From positions 65,319 to 129,318 of the forward strand of contig CAWFSV010000024.1 of the NCBI GenBank assembly GCA_963818575.1: a DNA stretch of 64,000 bases, given 5' to 3'. The position numbers and the translations under genes were made by a program. The stretch's first letter is position 1; each line of letters begins with the position of its first letter. Origin of the DNA: an uncultured Chloroflexia bacterium. Its GTDB lineage: Bacteria > Chloroflexota > Anaerolineae > Anaerolineales > E44-bin32. Positions 18,232-31,876 of this stretch are shown in pieces. The notes beneath the pieces were generated by a model that saw only the letters and a list, made by a program, of their open reading frames with translations, had not been told where the DNA came from and did no database searches.

Positions 18232-18975
18232 ATGAAGAGCCTGTGGAAGATGACCTGGATGGAGGCCAAGCTGTTCCTGCGTGAGCCGATGAGCGCCTTC
18301 TTCACGCTGGTGTTCCCTTTGATGTACCTGTTCCTGTTCGGCGCCATTTCCGGCAACGAACCCACGCCGCAGTTCGGAGGTCAGCGGACGATCGACGCCT
18401 CCATCCCGGGCCTCACCGCCATGATCATCTGCATCGCCGGACTGATGTCGACCACCATGACGATGTCCACCTACCGGGAGAAGGGTGTGCTGCGCCGCCT
18501 GCGGACCACGCCGGTCAGCCCGCTGGTCGTCCTGGTCGCGCAGGTGATCGTGGTCTTCACCATGACCGGCCTGGGAATGCTTCTGCTGGTCACCGCCGGG
18601 AAACTGGTCTACCACGTGCGCTTCGAGGGCGACCCCTTCAGCATGCTGGCGGGCTTCGTCCTGAGCAGCCTGAGCTTCTTCGGGATCGGATTCATCCTGG
18701 CCGGCACGATGCCCACGGTGCGCAGTGCCTGGGTTGTCGGTATGGTGCTGCTGTACCCGATGCTGCTCCTCTCCGGCGCGTTCTTCACCGTCGAACTGCT
18801 GCCCGCAGCCGTCCAGAGGGTCTCGGCGTTCCTGCCGCTGACCTACGTGGTCAACCTGCTGCGCGGCCTGTGGGCCGGGCAGCCCTGGGGAGAACACCTG
18901 TTGGATGTCGGCGTGCTGACGGGCCTGCTTCTCCTGGGGACGATCGTCTCGGTGAAGATCTTCCGCTGGGAGTAG
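18232..18975 (+). CDS. ABC-2 type transporter permease, copy 1
   Basis: Intact 247-aa ORF with 6 TM segments, paralogous to 20192..20935. Confidence 0.85.
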   Translation: MKSLWKMTWMEAKLFLREPMSAFFTLVFPLMYLFLFGAISGNEPTPQFGGQRTIDASIPGLTAMIICIAGLMSTTMTMSTYREKGVLRRLRTTPVSPLVVLVAQVIVVFTMTGLGMLLLVTAGKLVYHVRFEGDPFSMLAGFVLSSLSFFGIGFILAGTMPTVRSAWVVGMVLLYPMLLLSGAFFTVELLPAAVQRVSAFLPLTYVVNLLRGLWAGQPWGEHLLDVGVLTGLLLLGTIVSVKIFRWE

Positions 18976-19272
18976 TCGCAAGCCGGCGAGGCACACGCAT
19001 CACCCCCCCGCCGACACAATTCAGGCTAAACTCCAGATGTTGCCGAAGCGCCGGGTCGTGGTGCGCGCCTCGTGACGACCGGTTCGCCGACGCCGCCTGG
19101 CAAGTGATCACCAGTGATTCCCGAAAAGAGCGACGCCTTCGTCTGCTTCGCCGGGATCCGGTCGATCGTTCGCGGGTTTGACGGAGAATGGCCTTCAGAC
19201 GCTCTTTGAAGGGCAGGCAGCAACCCGGTGCCGCCACAGATGGCGAGGCCGACCGGGGAAAGGCAGGGACGG

Positions 19273-20187
19273 ATGTCGATCGTTGTGGAAGTCGAAGGAT
19301 TGCAGAAGGCCTACGGGCCGACCCGCGCCGTCGACGGCGTCTCCTTCACCGTTGAGCAGGGCGAGGTGTTCGGGATGGTCGGGCCAAACGGCGCCGGCAA
19401 GACGACGACCATCGAGTGTGTCGAGGGCCTGCGCCGCCCGGATGCCGGACGCGTGCGCGTCCTCGGCCTGGATCCCGGTGGCGATCGTCGGGCTCTGGCC
19501 GAGCGCATCGGGATCCAACTCCAGCAGGCGAACCTTCCGCCTCGGCTGCGGGTGGGGGAAGCGCTCAACCTGTTTGGGGCATTCTACAAGACGGCCGCTT
19601 CGCCGCGCGACCTGGTCGAGCGCCTGGGGCTCTCCGAGAAGTGGTCGGCGCCGGTGACCAAGCTGTCCGGCGGACAGCGGCAACGGCTGTTCATCGCCCT
19701 GGCCCTGGTCAACCAGCCCGAGTTGGTCTTCCTGGATGAGTTGACCACCGGGCTGGATCCGCAGGCGCGCCGATCGATGTGGGATCTGGTCCGCGAAGTG
19801 CGCCAGCAGGGACGGACGGTGTTCCTGACCACGCACTTCATGGAGGAGGCCGAGCGCCTGTGCGATCGCGTGGCGATTCTGGATCACGGACGGATCGTGG
19901 CGCTGGATCGCCCCGAGGCGCTCGTGCGCTCGCTGGCCGTTGAAACCCGGGTCGTCTTCACCGTCGTGGGGGAGATGCAGGACCTGCGGCTGGCATCGCT
20001 CGCCGGCGTCCAGCGGGTCGAGACCAGCGGTGAGCGGGTGATCGTGCACGGATCGGGAGACCAGTTCGTCAGCCGCGTCGTGTCGGCCCTGGAGGCGAAC
20101 CGGATCGCCTTTCGCGATCTGCGGACGGAACAGCCGACGCTCGAAGACGTATTCCTCACCCTGACCGGACGTGAGTTGAGGGAGTAG
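19273..20187 (+). CDS. ABC transporter ATP-binding protein, copy 2 (intact)
   Basis: ATG 19273 within ORF 19228..20187. Walker A, signature and Walker B motifs as in copy 1, with high similarity throughout. Confidence 0.9.
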   Translation: MSIVVEVEGLQKAYGPTRAVDGVSFTVEQGEVFGMVGPNGAGKTTTIECVEGLRRPDAGRVRVLGLDPGGDRRALAERIGIQLQQANLPPRLRVGEALNLFGAFYKTAASPRDLVERLGLSEKWSAPVTKLSGGQRQRLFIALALVNQPELVFLDELTTGLDPQARRSMWDLVREVRQQGRTVFLTTHFMEEAERLCDRVAILDHGRIVALDRPEALVRSLAVETRVVFTVVGEMQDLRLASLAGVQRVETSGERVIVHGSGDQFVSRVVSALEANRIAFRDLRTEQPTLEDVFLTLTGRELRE

Positions 20188-20191
20188 AACC

Positions 20192-20935
20192 ATGCGCGGA
20201 CTCATGCAACTGACCGCGACGTCCTTCAAGCTCTACCTGCGCGAACCGATCGCCACGTTCTTCACCATGGCGTTCCCGGCTCTGATGCTGATCCTGTTCG
20301 GCTCGATCTACGGGAACGATCCGAGCCCGTTGTTCGGGGGCCACGGGACGATCGATGTGTCGATGCCGAACTACACCGGGCTGATCCTGGGGACCGTGGC
20401 GCTGATGAGCATCCCGATCACCACCGCCGGCTACCGGGAGCAGGGGATCCTCAGGCGCTTCCGGGCCACGCCGATGCGGCCTCTCACCTACATCGCCGCC
20501 GATGTGTGTACCAATCTGGCGATGACCATGGTCGGGATGCTGCTGCTGCTCGGGCTGGGATGGGTCCTGTACCGCGTCCAGTTCGAGGGGCAATTCCTCA
20601 GCTATCTGGGGGCGGTGGTCCTGGGATGCCTGGCCATGTTCTCCCTCGGCTACCTGATCGCCAGCGTGGCGCCGGGGGCGCGCATGGCGCAGGTCATCGG
20701 CATGGTGATCTTCTACCCGATGCTCTTCCTGTCCGGCGCCGGCATGCCGATCGAGATCCTGCCCGAGTCGATCCGCAAGATCTCCGCCTTCCTGCCGCTG
20801 ACCTACGCCGTCAACCTGCTGCGGGGAATGTGGTTCGGGGAGGCGTGGTCGGCGCACCTCCTGGATGTGGCCGTGCTGCTGGCGATGCTGGTCGTGATCG
20901 GCGGGCTGGCCGTGCGCGCCTTCCGCTGGGAGTGA
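20192..20935 (+). CDS. ABC-2 type transporter permease, copy 2
   Basis: Intact 247-aa ORF, colinear with copy 1. Confidence 0.85.
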   Translation: MRGLMQLTATSFKLYLREPIATFFTMAFPALMLILFGSIYGNDPSPLFGGHGTIDVSMPNYTGLILGTVALMSIPITTAGYREQGILRRFRATPMRPLTYIAADVCTNLAMTMVGMLLLLGLGWVLYRVQFEGQFLSYLGAVVLGCLAMFSLGYLIASVAPGARMAQVIGMVIFYPMLFLSGAGMPIEILPESIRKISAFLPLTYAVNLLRGMWFGEAWSAHLLDVAVLLAMLVVIGGLAVRAFRWE

Positions 20936-21096
20936 CTCCGGAGGCGGGCGGCGGTGCCGGGGTGTCGCCTGCAAGCTAGCGGCCGTCGGCCAAAGTCCCG
21001 ACGATGGGCACCCGCTCGAGCATGGCTGCGGTATGGGGCGCAGCCTCGATCTCGCCGGTCAGATCCTTGGCACGAGCGGAAGCACGTCGGTGTTCC

Positions 21097-21125
21097 TTTA
21101 CGCGGTGCGTGCCGGCTGGTACACT
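21097..21125 (+). promoter_or_regulatory. Possible promoter: TTTACG, 17 nt, TACACT (TG-extended)
   Basis: Read directly, ~30 nt upstream of ATG 21154. Confidence 0.3.
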
Positions 21126-21153
21126 GCCTCCACCTCAAGCGGTGAGGATCCCC

Positions 21154-22156
21154 ATGGAGTTGCTGCGCAACTGGAAAGAAGTCCTCGACACGGTCAACCT
21201 GTCGCCGGACCGCAAGATGGACGTCGTCAGCCGCTGGCTGATCATCACCCGGGCGGCGGTGCTGACCATGACCGCCACCTCGGGGCTGATCGGCGGGCTG
21301 CTGGCCGTGGCCACCGTCGATCGTCCGAACTGGGTCAACTTCGCCCTGGCGCTGGTCGGGCTGCTGATCGCCCACGGCGCCAACAACATGACCAACGACT
21401 ACTTCGATCTCGAAGGCGGCGTCGACACCGATGAGTACACGCGGGCGCTGTACGCGCCGCATCCGGTGCTCGGCGGCCTGGTCTCCAAGGCCGGACTGCG
21501 CAACGCCATCCTGCTGTTCAATCTGGCCGACCTGGCGATCCTGGTGCGTGCTGTGGCTGCGCACCGGCTGGCCGGTGGTGATCTTTGCGCTGTTGGGATT
21601 GTTCATCAGCGTGTTCTACGTCGCCCCGCCGATCAAGCTCAAGCATCACGGGCTGGGCGAACCGGCGGTCTTCATCGTCTGGGGACCGCTGATGATCGGC
21701 GGCACGTATTACGTCACCGCCGGTCTGCTGCCGCCGGCCGGCGTGTGGTGGGCGATGGTGCCCTATGCGCTGGTCGTCACCACGGTCCTCTTCGGCAAAC
21801 ACATCGATAAGCTCGAGGTCGACAAGGCCAAGGGGATCCACACGCTGCCGGTGCTCATCGGCGCCACGGCCTCGAAGTGGGCCAACGTCATCATGATGAT
21901 CGGTTACTACGTCGTGATCGCCGCACTGGTGCTGACCGGCACGCTTGGGGTGTGGGTGCTGCTCGTCGTGCTGGCGCTGCCGCGCCTGGTGCGGGTGCTC
22001 AAGATCTACCGCGACCCGAAGCCGAGCCAGCCGCCGCCGGATTATCCGGTCTGGCCCCTGTGGTACGTCTCGGCCGCCTTCTACCACAACAAGCTGGCCG
22101 GCGGTTTGTTTGTCCTCGGGCTGATCGTCAATCTGATTCTGCCGATCCGTCTGTAG
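21154..22156 (+). CDS. UbiA-family (MenA-like) aromatic prenyltransferase; one frame break near 21545
   Basis: ORF 21004..21810 from ATG 21154 (LIAHGANNMTNDYFDLEGGVD) joins ORF 21431..22156 (FYVAPPIKLKHHGLGEP...). Confidence 0.75.
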
Positions 22157-22237
22157 GAATTCACACCGTCAGGGAAATGAAGAGCGACCGGCGCCGTTGT
22201 GGCGCCGGTCGCTTTGCTTGCGTGAGCCTGGGGTGGG

Positions 22238-22663
22238 TCATGCCTCGGCCGCCACCGGCTGCTCGGCCACCCACTGGAGCAGAGCCGCAGGGTGGGCGGG
22301 CAAGCCGTGCTCGACGCTGTCGTGCGCCTCCCAGTGATCGGCGACCCGCGTGACCCAGGCTTCGGGCGCAGCCTCCCAGACCAGCGAGGCGTGCCCGACG
22401 GGACGGCACTCCACCAGGCGACCCTGCGGGAGCAAGGCCACGACCGATCCCGAGCGCCGGGCGACGATCTGGGCGCGCTGCCAGTGCCAGATCAGCGCCG
22501 GAGGCACCTCCCACACCACGGCGACCAACTGTCCGTAGCGCGGGCGCGTCTGCCGGTCGGCGCGTCGATCGACGTGCACCTCGACGATTGCCTCGGTCTC
22601 CAGAAGCCGCACCCGGCACCCGTCTCCGAGGCAGGCGCGGATAAGTCCTAGTTGAATGTTCAT
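22238..22663 (-). CDS. Hypothetical protein (141 aa)
   Basis: ATG 22663 within ORF 22238..22789, with GC3-rich codon usage. No family recognised. Confidence 0.45.
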   Translation of the reverse strand: MNIQLGLIRACLGDGCRVRLLETEAIVEVHVDRRADRQTRPRYGQLVAVVWEVPPALIWHWQRAQIVARRSGSVVALLPQGRLVECRPVGHASLVWEAAPEAWVTRVADHWEAHDSVEHGLPAHPAALLQWVAEQPVAAEA

Positions 22664-22792
22664 GCGCTTCCTCTTCGGTGGCCGGAGATCTCGCTGGGAG
22701 ACTCCGCCGGTGACGCTAGCAGGGCTAGCTCTCGGATCCTGCCCGCCGGCCCTTCCTGCCTGCCGGCCGGGCGGAATCCGCGCCGGCACGGG

Positions 22793-22826
22793 GAAGGAAA
22801 ACAGGACCGCGGGCGCCTGCCCGCGG
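22793..22826 (-). terminator. Intrinsic terminator or attenuator: CCGCGGGC-aggc-GCCCGCGG followed by TCCTGTTTTCC (minus strand)
   Basis: 8-bp GC stem (22807..22814 / 22819..22826) and a U-rich tail, 30 nt after the small-ORF stop and upstream of gene 22663. Confidence 0.5.
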
Positions 22827-22857
22827 CTCTTGGGCCTTGAAAGGTCGCTCCGGCTGA

Positions 22858-22944
22858 CTAGTCGAGCAGGGTGAGGGAAACGCCGGAGGGGCGAGCCGCG
22901 GGATGGCGGTTCAGGCGGACGAACACGAAGCCGATGCTGGACAT
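22858..22944 (-). CDS. Small ORF (28 aa: MSSIGFVFVRLNRHPAARPSGVSLTLLD) with its own promoter, SD and terminator
   Basis: AAGGAGG lies 5 nt before ATG 22944. The promoter is at 22999..23028 and a terminator hairpin follows. The ORF is the tail of ORF-track entry 22858..23262. Confidence 0.45.
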   Translation of the reverse strand: MSSIGFVFVRLNRHPAARPSGVSLTLLD

Positions 22945-22998
22945 GCGCCCCTCCTTCTTGGGGATTCGGATCTCGGCCCGCTCCGGGCCGACCGGATG

Positions 22999-23028
22999 AC
23001 TATACCGCGAATGCGGTGGGGGAGTCAA
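22999..23028 (-). promoter_or_regulatory. Sigma-70-type promoter (minus strand): TTGACT, 18 nt, TATAGT
   Basis: Read directly: -35 is the reverse complement of 23023..23028 and -10 the reverse complement of 22999..23004. Confidence 0.55.
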
Positions 23029-23029
23029 G

Positions 23030-23070
23030 CCCCGACTTCCGAAGCCCCGCGGGACTTCGGAAGTCCGGGG
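23030..23070. repeat. REP-like imperfect inverted repeat built on GACTTCCGAAG / CTTCGGAAGTC
   Basis: CCCCGACTTCCGAAG-ccccgcgg-GACTTCGGAAGTCCGGGG. A sister element is at 27959..27995. Confidence 0.7.
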
Positions 23071-23080
23071 CAGAATGAGA

Positions 23081-23103
23081 GCGGCTCCCAGCGAGGGAGC
23101 CGC
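23081..23103 (-). terminator. Hairpin GCGGCTCCC-agcga-GGGAGCCGC downstream of the DHOD-like gene
   Basis: Perfect 9-bp stem. It is followed by TCTCATTCTG on the minus strand, a weak U tract. Confidence 0.4.
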
Positions 23104-23135
23104 CCGTTTCTGTGGAGCGAGGAGAAGCTGCCAGA

Positions 23136-24122
23136 CTACTTCTGCGACAGCAGCAGGCGCACGTACTGGGCGCGCTCGAAGGCGAACGGGTCGGCGGCCT
23201 GCTTCTGGCTGAGCTTGCCCCGGAAGTCGGCCACGGAGGTGTACCCCTTCTCGGTCATCCACTCCTCAAGCTGACGGAGCATCGTCGAGACGTACGGCAA
23301 GCCGTTCTTGATCACGGCCGAAGCGGTCTGCACGACGGTGGCTCCGGCCAGGAGCCCCTTGGCGACGTCCGTGCCGCTGTGCACGCCGGTGCTCAATGCC
23401 AACTCGGACTTGATCCGGCCGTAGAGCAGCGCCGTCCAGCGCAGCGGCAGCTTGAGTTCCTCCGGACCGCTGAGCACCATCTCGCTCGACAGGCTCTCCG
23501 TGGCCGGATCGATGTCGGGCTGCAGGAAGCGATTGAACAACACCAGGCTGGAGGCGCCGCGCTTGTCGAGCTCCGAGGCGATGTAGGCGACCGAGGTGTA
23601 GAACGGGCTGAGCTTGATCGCCAGGGGGATCTTCACCTGCTGCTTGACGGCTTCGACCACCTCGAACAGCGCCACCTCGATGGCCGTTCCCGACCGGCGC
23701 GCGTCGGCCGCAACCGAGTACACATTCAGCTCCAGACCATTGACGCCGGTGCCCTCCAACTGCCTGGCGTACTCGATCCAGACGCCCGGGCTGACGGCGT
23801 TCAGGCTGGCCAGCAGCGGGAACGTCACCGCCTTGCGCGCCTTCTCCACCCACATCAGGTGTTCCTTGGCATCGCCATGCTTCATGTTGGGGAAGTAGGT
23901 CAGCGCCTCGGCAAAGCTCTCCGAACCGACGGCGAGCGACTCCTCCATGCGCAGGGCGTCGAACTGGATCTGCTCCTCGAACAGCGAGCGGATGACCAGC
24001 GCGCCGGCACCGACCTGCTCGGCCATCTTGATCTTGTCCAGCATCCCGGAAATCGAACTGGCCCCCACGACAATCGGGCTGCGGAGGGGAATCCCCATGT
24101 AGGTGGTCTTGAGGTCGGGCAT
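23136..24122 (-). CDS. Dihydroorotate dehydrogenase-like (class 1 fold) flavoprotein, the PFOR-associated type
   Basis: Intact 328-aa ORF: GIPLRSPIVVGASS...GAGALVIRSLFEEQ...ELNVYS...IPLAIKLSPF...LVLFNRF. It is divergent from nifJ. Confidence 0.75.
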   Translation of the reverse strand: MPDLKTTYMGIPLRSPIVVGASSISGMLDKIKMAEQVGAGALVIRSLFEEQIQFDALRMEESLAVGSESFAEALTYFPNMKHGDAKEHLMWVEKARKAVTFPLLASLNAVSPGVWIEYARQLEGTGVNGLELNVYSVAADARRSGTAIEVALFEVVEAVKQQVKIPLAIKLSPFYTSVAYIASELDKRGASSLVLFNRFLQPDIDPATESLSSEMVLSGPEELKLPLRWTALLYGRIKSELALSTGVHSGTDVAKGLLAGATVVQTASAVIKNGLPYVSTMLRQLEEWMTEKGYTSVADFRGKLSQKQAADPFAFERAQYVRLLLSQK

Positions 24123-24213
24123 GAAGCCTCCATCGGTGTCGTGCAGGACAGGCCCTTCTCAGGCCTGCTTTGCCAGGTTCGAGGGTCGTCGCAAATCGCA
24201 GGATCGGTAATAG

Positions 24214-24225
24214 TGACAATTGTCA
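24214..24225. promoter_or_regulatory. Perfect 12-bp palindrome TGACAATTGTCA in the DHOD-like/PFOR divergent intergenic region (operator candidate)
   Basis: Read directly in a locally AT-rich patch. The cognate regulator is unknown. Confidence 0.35.
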
Positions 24226-24355
24226 TCCAGTTTCGTCTGCGCTTCAGCACTATTGCCCGGGGGTGGGGGTCCCTAGACTTGGGAAGTTGACTGACCCCCG
24301 ACGCGCCCCTCGCGCCCACCACCTGGCCGCGCGCCGGTCACCCAAGGAGCTATGC

Positions 24356-27940
<3,585 letters not shown>

Positions 27941-27958
27941 GGACGTACGGCCTTGAAG

Positions 27959-27995
27959 ACCGACTTCGGAAGTCCCAAGGACTTCCGAAGTCGGT
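27959..27995 (+). terminator. Perfect 17-bp-arm hairpin ACCGACTTCGGAAGTCC-caa-GGACTTCCGAAGTCGGT, 19 nt after the nifJ stop (REP-like; terminator role inferred)
   Basis: Read directly. There is no U tract. It is of the same family as 23030..23070. Confidence 0.5.
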
Positions 27996-28084
27996 GGCAA
28001 GTCGATGCGAGATCCCGGGGGCACGCACGCGCGTGCCCCCGTTTGGTCTTCCACACCGGCACGGTGTGACACCTCACCCCCTGG

Positions 28085-28187
28085 CCCCCTCTCCGCCGAC
28101 GAAAGCCTCTATCACGAAGGAGCGTGGCGGAGAGGGGGCATGAGATTTGTGGGATGGGGGTGCGAAGCTCCCCCATCCCACACAAAT
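28085..28187. repeat. REP-like cluster: CCCCCTCTCCGCC-N29-GGCGGAGAGGGGG plus ATTTGTGGGATGGGGG/CCCCCATCCCACACAAAT
   Basis: Arms at 28085..28097 / 28127..28139 and 28145..28160 / 28170..28187, in the convergent nifJ/feoB gap. The CCCTCTCCGC family recurs at 47979 and 60448. Confidence 0.8.
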
Positions 28188-28288
28188 CCCCGCCCCCTGC
28201 CAATTCTGTGGGGCCGCGAAAGTCAGCCCATGCAGGGGGAGGGGTGAGGGGAGGGGGTTGGATAGGGACCCCGGTCTTCCGGGTCCGG

Positions 28289-30204
28289 CTAGATTCCGGC
28301 GAGGAAGAGCCCGCCGCGGACGGCCAGCGCCACGACCAGCGCCACGACGGTGGCCAGGGCGGCCACGGAACCCATGGCGCGCCAGCCGAGCTCGCGGCGC
28401 AGGACGACCAGCGTCGCCAGGCACGGGATGTAGAACACGACGAAGACGGCGAAGGTGATCATCTGCGTCTGGGTCAGCACAAGGTTGAAGTCCAGCGTCC
28501 CCAGCGCCTGGCCGAGCATCACCAGCGAGAGCTCCTTGCGCAGGATGCCGAAGGCCAGCGGCACGCCGGTGGCGGCGGGCAAACCGAGCACCCAGGTCAG
28601 CGGGCGGACCAGCAGGTCGAGCATGGGCGTCAGTCCGAAGAAGGTCAGCAGCGCGAGGACGACGCTGCCGGCGATCAAGCGCCGGCCAGGCCTCGACCAT
28701 GAACTCGCGCACACGGTACCAGGCCTTGGCCAGGACGGAGCGGGCGGACGGCATGCGGTAGGGCGGGATCTCGAGGATCAGCCCCGGCGACTCCTCGTGC
28801 ATCATGCCGCTGAGCACGCGGCCGGTGAGGGCGATCATGAACAGGTTGAGGACGTAGATGGCCGCCGCGGCCCACGGGCCGACGTATGCCGCCACCAGGC
28901 CGAACACCACCACCAATCGCGCCGAACACGGGATGAGCGTCGAGAGGGCCGCCGCCAGGTAGCGATCGCGCCGGTTCTCCAGGATGCGGGTCGACATGAC
29001 CGCCGGGACCGAGCAGCCGTAGCCCAGGATGAAGGGGACGACGCTCTTGCCGTGCAAACCCATGCGGTGCATGAGCGCATCCATCAGGAACGCCAGGCGC
29101 GGCAGGTAGCCGACGTCTTCGAGGAACCCCAGGCCGAGCAGGAACGGGATCAGGTAGGGCATGACGATCGCCGCACCGCCGGCCACGCCTTGCAGCAGGC
29201 CGATGGCGACGGTGTCCAGAAACGACTGTCCGGCCAGGGTGGCGTGCAGGCGGGTGGTCCATGTCCCAAACAGGGCCAGGAGCGGCGGCTCGATCGCGTT
29301 TCCGGTGGCGTATACCACCTGGAAGAAAGCGAGCAGGATCAGGATCAGCGCAAGATACCCGGCGACCGGGTGAAGCAGGACGTCGTCGAGCCGGTCGCGC
29401 CATGACGTGCGGCGCTCACCCTGCGTGACGACCAGATGCTCGAGGTTCCCGGCCAGGCCGTGCCGTTCGCCCCAGACCACCCAGCGTGCAGGTTGGCCGC
29501 GACGTTCGGCCAGGTCGCGCTGCGCCTGCTCGGCCTTCGGTGCCGAGGGCCGGCGTGATGCGCTCGGTCTCGGCGGCCAATTCGTTGTCGCCTTCGAGCA
29601 GCTTGAGGGCCGTCGCCTCGGGGTGGAGTGGTGTCGGCGTGCCGCGCAGCGCCTCGGCCAGCCCGGCCAGGGCGTCCTCGACATCGCGACCGTAGCGAGG
29701 GCGCGTGATCGGCTGAGGGTTGCGCGCGGCCTGGAAGGCGGCGTTGAACAGCGTGCGCACGCCACGGCCCTTGCTGGCCACCAGCGGCAGGACGGGCACA
29801 CCGAGCTCGCGCTGAAGGCGCGGGCCGTCGATCCGCAGCCCGAGGCGATCGGCCTCGTCCAGCAGGTTGACGGCCAGGATCAGCGGCCTCTGCAGCTCGA
29901 GCAGCTCGAGCGTCATGTCCAGGCCCTGGGACAGGTGCGTGGCGTCGAGCACGTTGATGATCACATCCACGTCGGTCGACGCCAGATAGCGCAGCGTCAC
30001 GCGTTCGGCGGGGTTGGTGCCGGCCAGCGTGTAGGTGCCCGGCAGGTCGACGACGTCGACGACTTCGCCCTGCAGGCGCACCTTGCTCTCGGTGTACGCG
30101 ACCGTCGTGCCCGGGAAGTTGCCCGTGTGCGCCTTGTAGCCGGCCACCTGGTTGAAGAGCGTGCTCTTGCCGCAGTTCGGCTGGCCGACGAGGGCGATGC
30201 GCAT
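28289..30204 (-). CDS. feoB: Ferrous iron transporter FeoB; two frame breaks (~29545, ~28690)
   Basis: N-terminal GTPase MRIALVGQPNCGKSTLFN (ORF 29416..30537 frame), membrane core in the ORF 28074..29801 frame, and C-terminus in ORF 28289..28714. Confidence 0.85.
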
Positions 30205-30452
30205 CAGTCGGCGACCGTTCCGGGGGCAGGGACCGGGGAGACCTCCAGGCCGGAGGCGATCTTCCAGCCCAGGGCGATGATGCGACCGTCCACCTCGAGG
30301 AGCAGGGGTCCGTGGAATGGGGCGCGCCGGAGCAGGCGGACGGCGCCTCCGGGGAGCAGGCCGAGCGAGCGCACCTGTCCTTCGGCGGCCGGGTTCGCTG
30401 GCAGGCCCTGCAGGATCAATTGGTCGCCGGTCCGGGCATCGGTGAGTCTCAC
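30204..30452 (-). CDS. feoA: FeoA family protein
   Basis: Intact 82-aa SH3-like FeoA ORF. The stop overlaps the feoB ATG (TGATG). Confidence 0.8.
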   Translation of the reverse strand: MRLTDARTGDQLILQGLPANPAAEGQVRSLGLLPGGAVRLLRRAPFHGPLLLEVDGRIIALGWKIASGLEVSPVPAPGTVAD

Positions 30453-30804
30453 AGCTGCAACCTGTCGCTGCCGGATGCATTCGTCCGGCTGCGCGAGTGA
30501 ACCATTGTAACGCGGGGAGGCGGGGCACAGCGACCACCGACGGTGGGAGCGGGCACGGCGGCCGGCGCCCGACGAGCGAGGTGAAAGTTGAAGATCAGCA
30601 TCTGAGCCTGAATCAGAGCCTCAGCTGGCGCAAGTGCGGAGCGAACTGAGATGTGCTTTCACTACATGTCAGGCCTCCGTGCACGGGATGCCAAGAGCGC
30701 GTGCGGAAAAGGCGGGGAAGCATCACGAGGTCGACGCTCGAGGAGCGCGTATTGCGTTTCTCCTTTCGTCCTCTCCCAGGAGGGGACCCTCGGGCGGGGC
30801 GGGT

Positions 30805-31876
30805 TCACTCAAGGAACTTCTTCAGACCGTACTGCAGCAGCGTGATGACGACCGGCAGAACCAGCGCCGCCACGAGACTGCGCATCGTCTCGGCCCGCCA
30901 GGGCCAGGTGGGGATGCGTTCGATCACCGCCCGGGCGCGCTCGAGGGCCAACAGGGTCGTGTTGACGCGGTCGGCGGCAGCCAGGTCGCCCTGGTCGACG
31001 CGGCGGTAGACCTCGCTCATGCACTTCTGCCAGCGGAGGCTGAGATCGGAAAGCTCCTGGTCCTTGGTCTGAACCAGCCGCCGGTGCAGCCCCATCAGCG
31101 GGAGCAGGAAGGCCAGGATGGCCATCAGGGAGAAGAGGGCGGCCGCCGACATGAACGGGCCCACGAGACCCTCGGGCGTGATCAAGACTGCGGCCGAGAT
31201 AATCAGCAAGCCGCCGATGGCCGTATGCGCAGTCAGGGTCGAGAAGGCGACCAGGGGAGCCACGTTGTGCAGATCGACCCGAGTGCTCGTGGCATACAAC
31301 CGGTTGACCAGGCGCAATTGGCGGATGGAGTGGTAGATGTACAGGCCGGCGAACACGACGGAGGCGTAGAACTGAAGCCGGTCCAGGACTCCGAAGGCGG
31401 AGGTGGTTGTCCAGGAGATGCTGACGTACACCCCGAGAAGCAGCGCCACCAGGCTCGCCGCCGCGGCGGGTCGGGCGGGCAGCGTGGTGAGCTGCCAGCG
31501 GATGCCTCGGAGCCTCAGCCTCGTTGCCGGTGAAGGCCGGCCGGTACTCCTCCAGCGACGCGGCTGCCCTGCGGTCGAGGTAGTGAAGCAGCCAGAAGCC
31601 GTAGAAGGGTACGGAATGAGCATAGAGCACGGCAGGCGTCAGGAGTTCTCCCTCCAGGTTCAGCAAGACGCCCGCCAGGCCGAGGAACGCCAGGCACACC
31701 ACGAGATACGGCAGCCAGTACGGTCCCGGGAGTTGGTCGATGCGGCGAGCAAGGCGGTCGAACCAGCTCGGTCGATAAGGCGGGACGAAGGCAGGAGCCG
31801 GTGGGGTGACGGTGGGAACCGATCTCGGTCGCGGCTGAGAGGGTCTTTCAGCACGGGTCGATATGCGCCGGGTCAT
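30805..31876 (-). CDS. Paralog A of an unrecognised ~7-TM membrane protein family (PPYPPSW...IPTWPW); 1 frame break (~31500)
   Basis: ORF 30809..31876 gives the N-terminus (PAFVPPYRPSWFDRLARRIDQLPGPYW). ORF 30805..31623 gives the rest (WQLTTLPARP, IYHSIRQLRLVNRLY, ERIPTWPWRAETMRSLVAALVLPVV). ATG 31876 overlaps the stop of B (ATGA). Confidence 0.7.

Noticed and set aside
18976-19272. Riboswitch or degraded regulator gene between the two ABC modules
   Set aside because: I could not recognise any conserved riboswitch core or wHTH-like translation. Left as an unexplained spacer.
28085-28260. Possible CRISPR array or other spaced-repeat locus
   Set aside because: The repeats are inverted, not direct, with one or two copies per site and no regular repeat-spacer periodicity. 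They fit REP-like hairpins.
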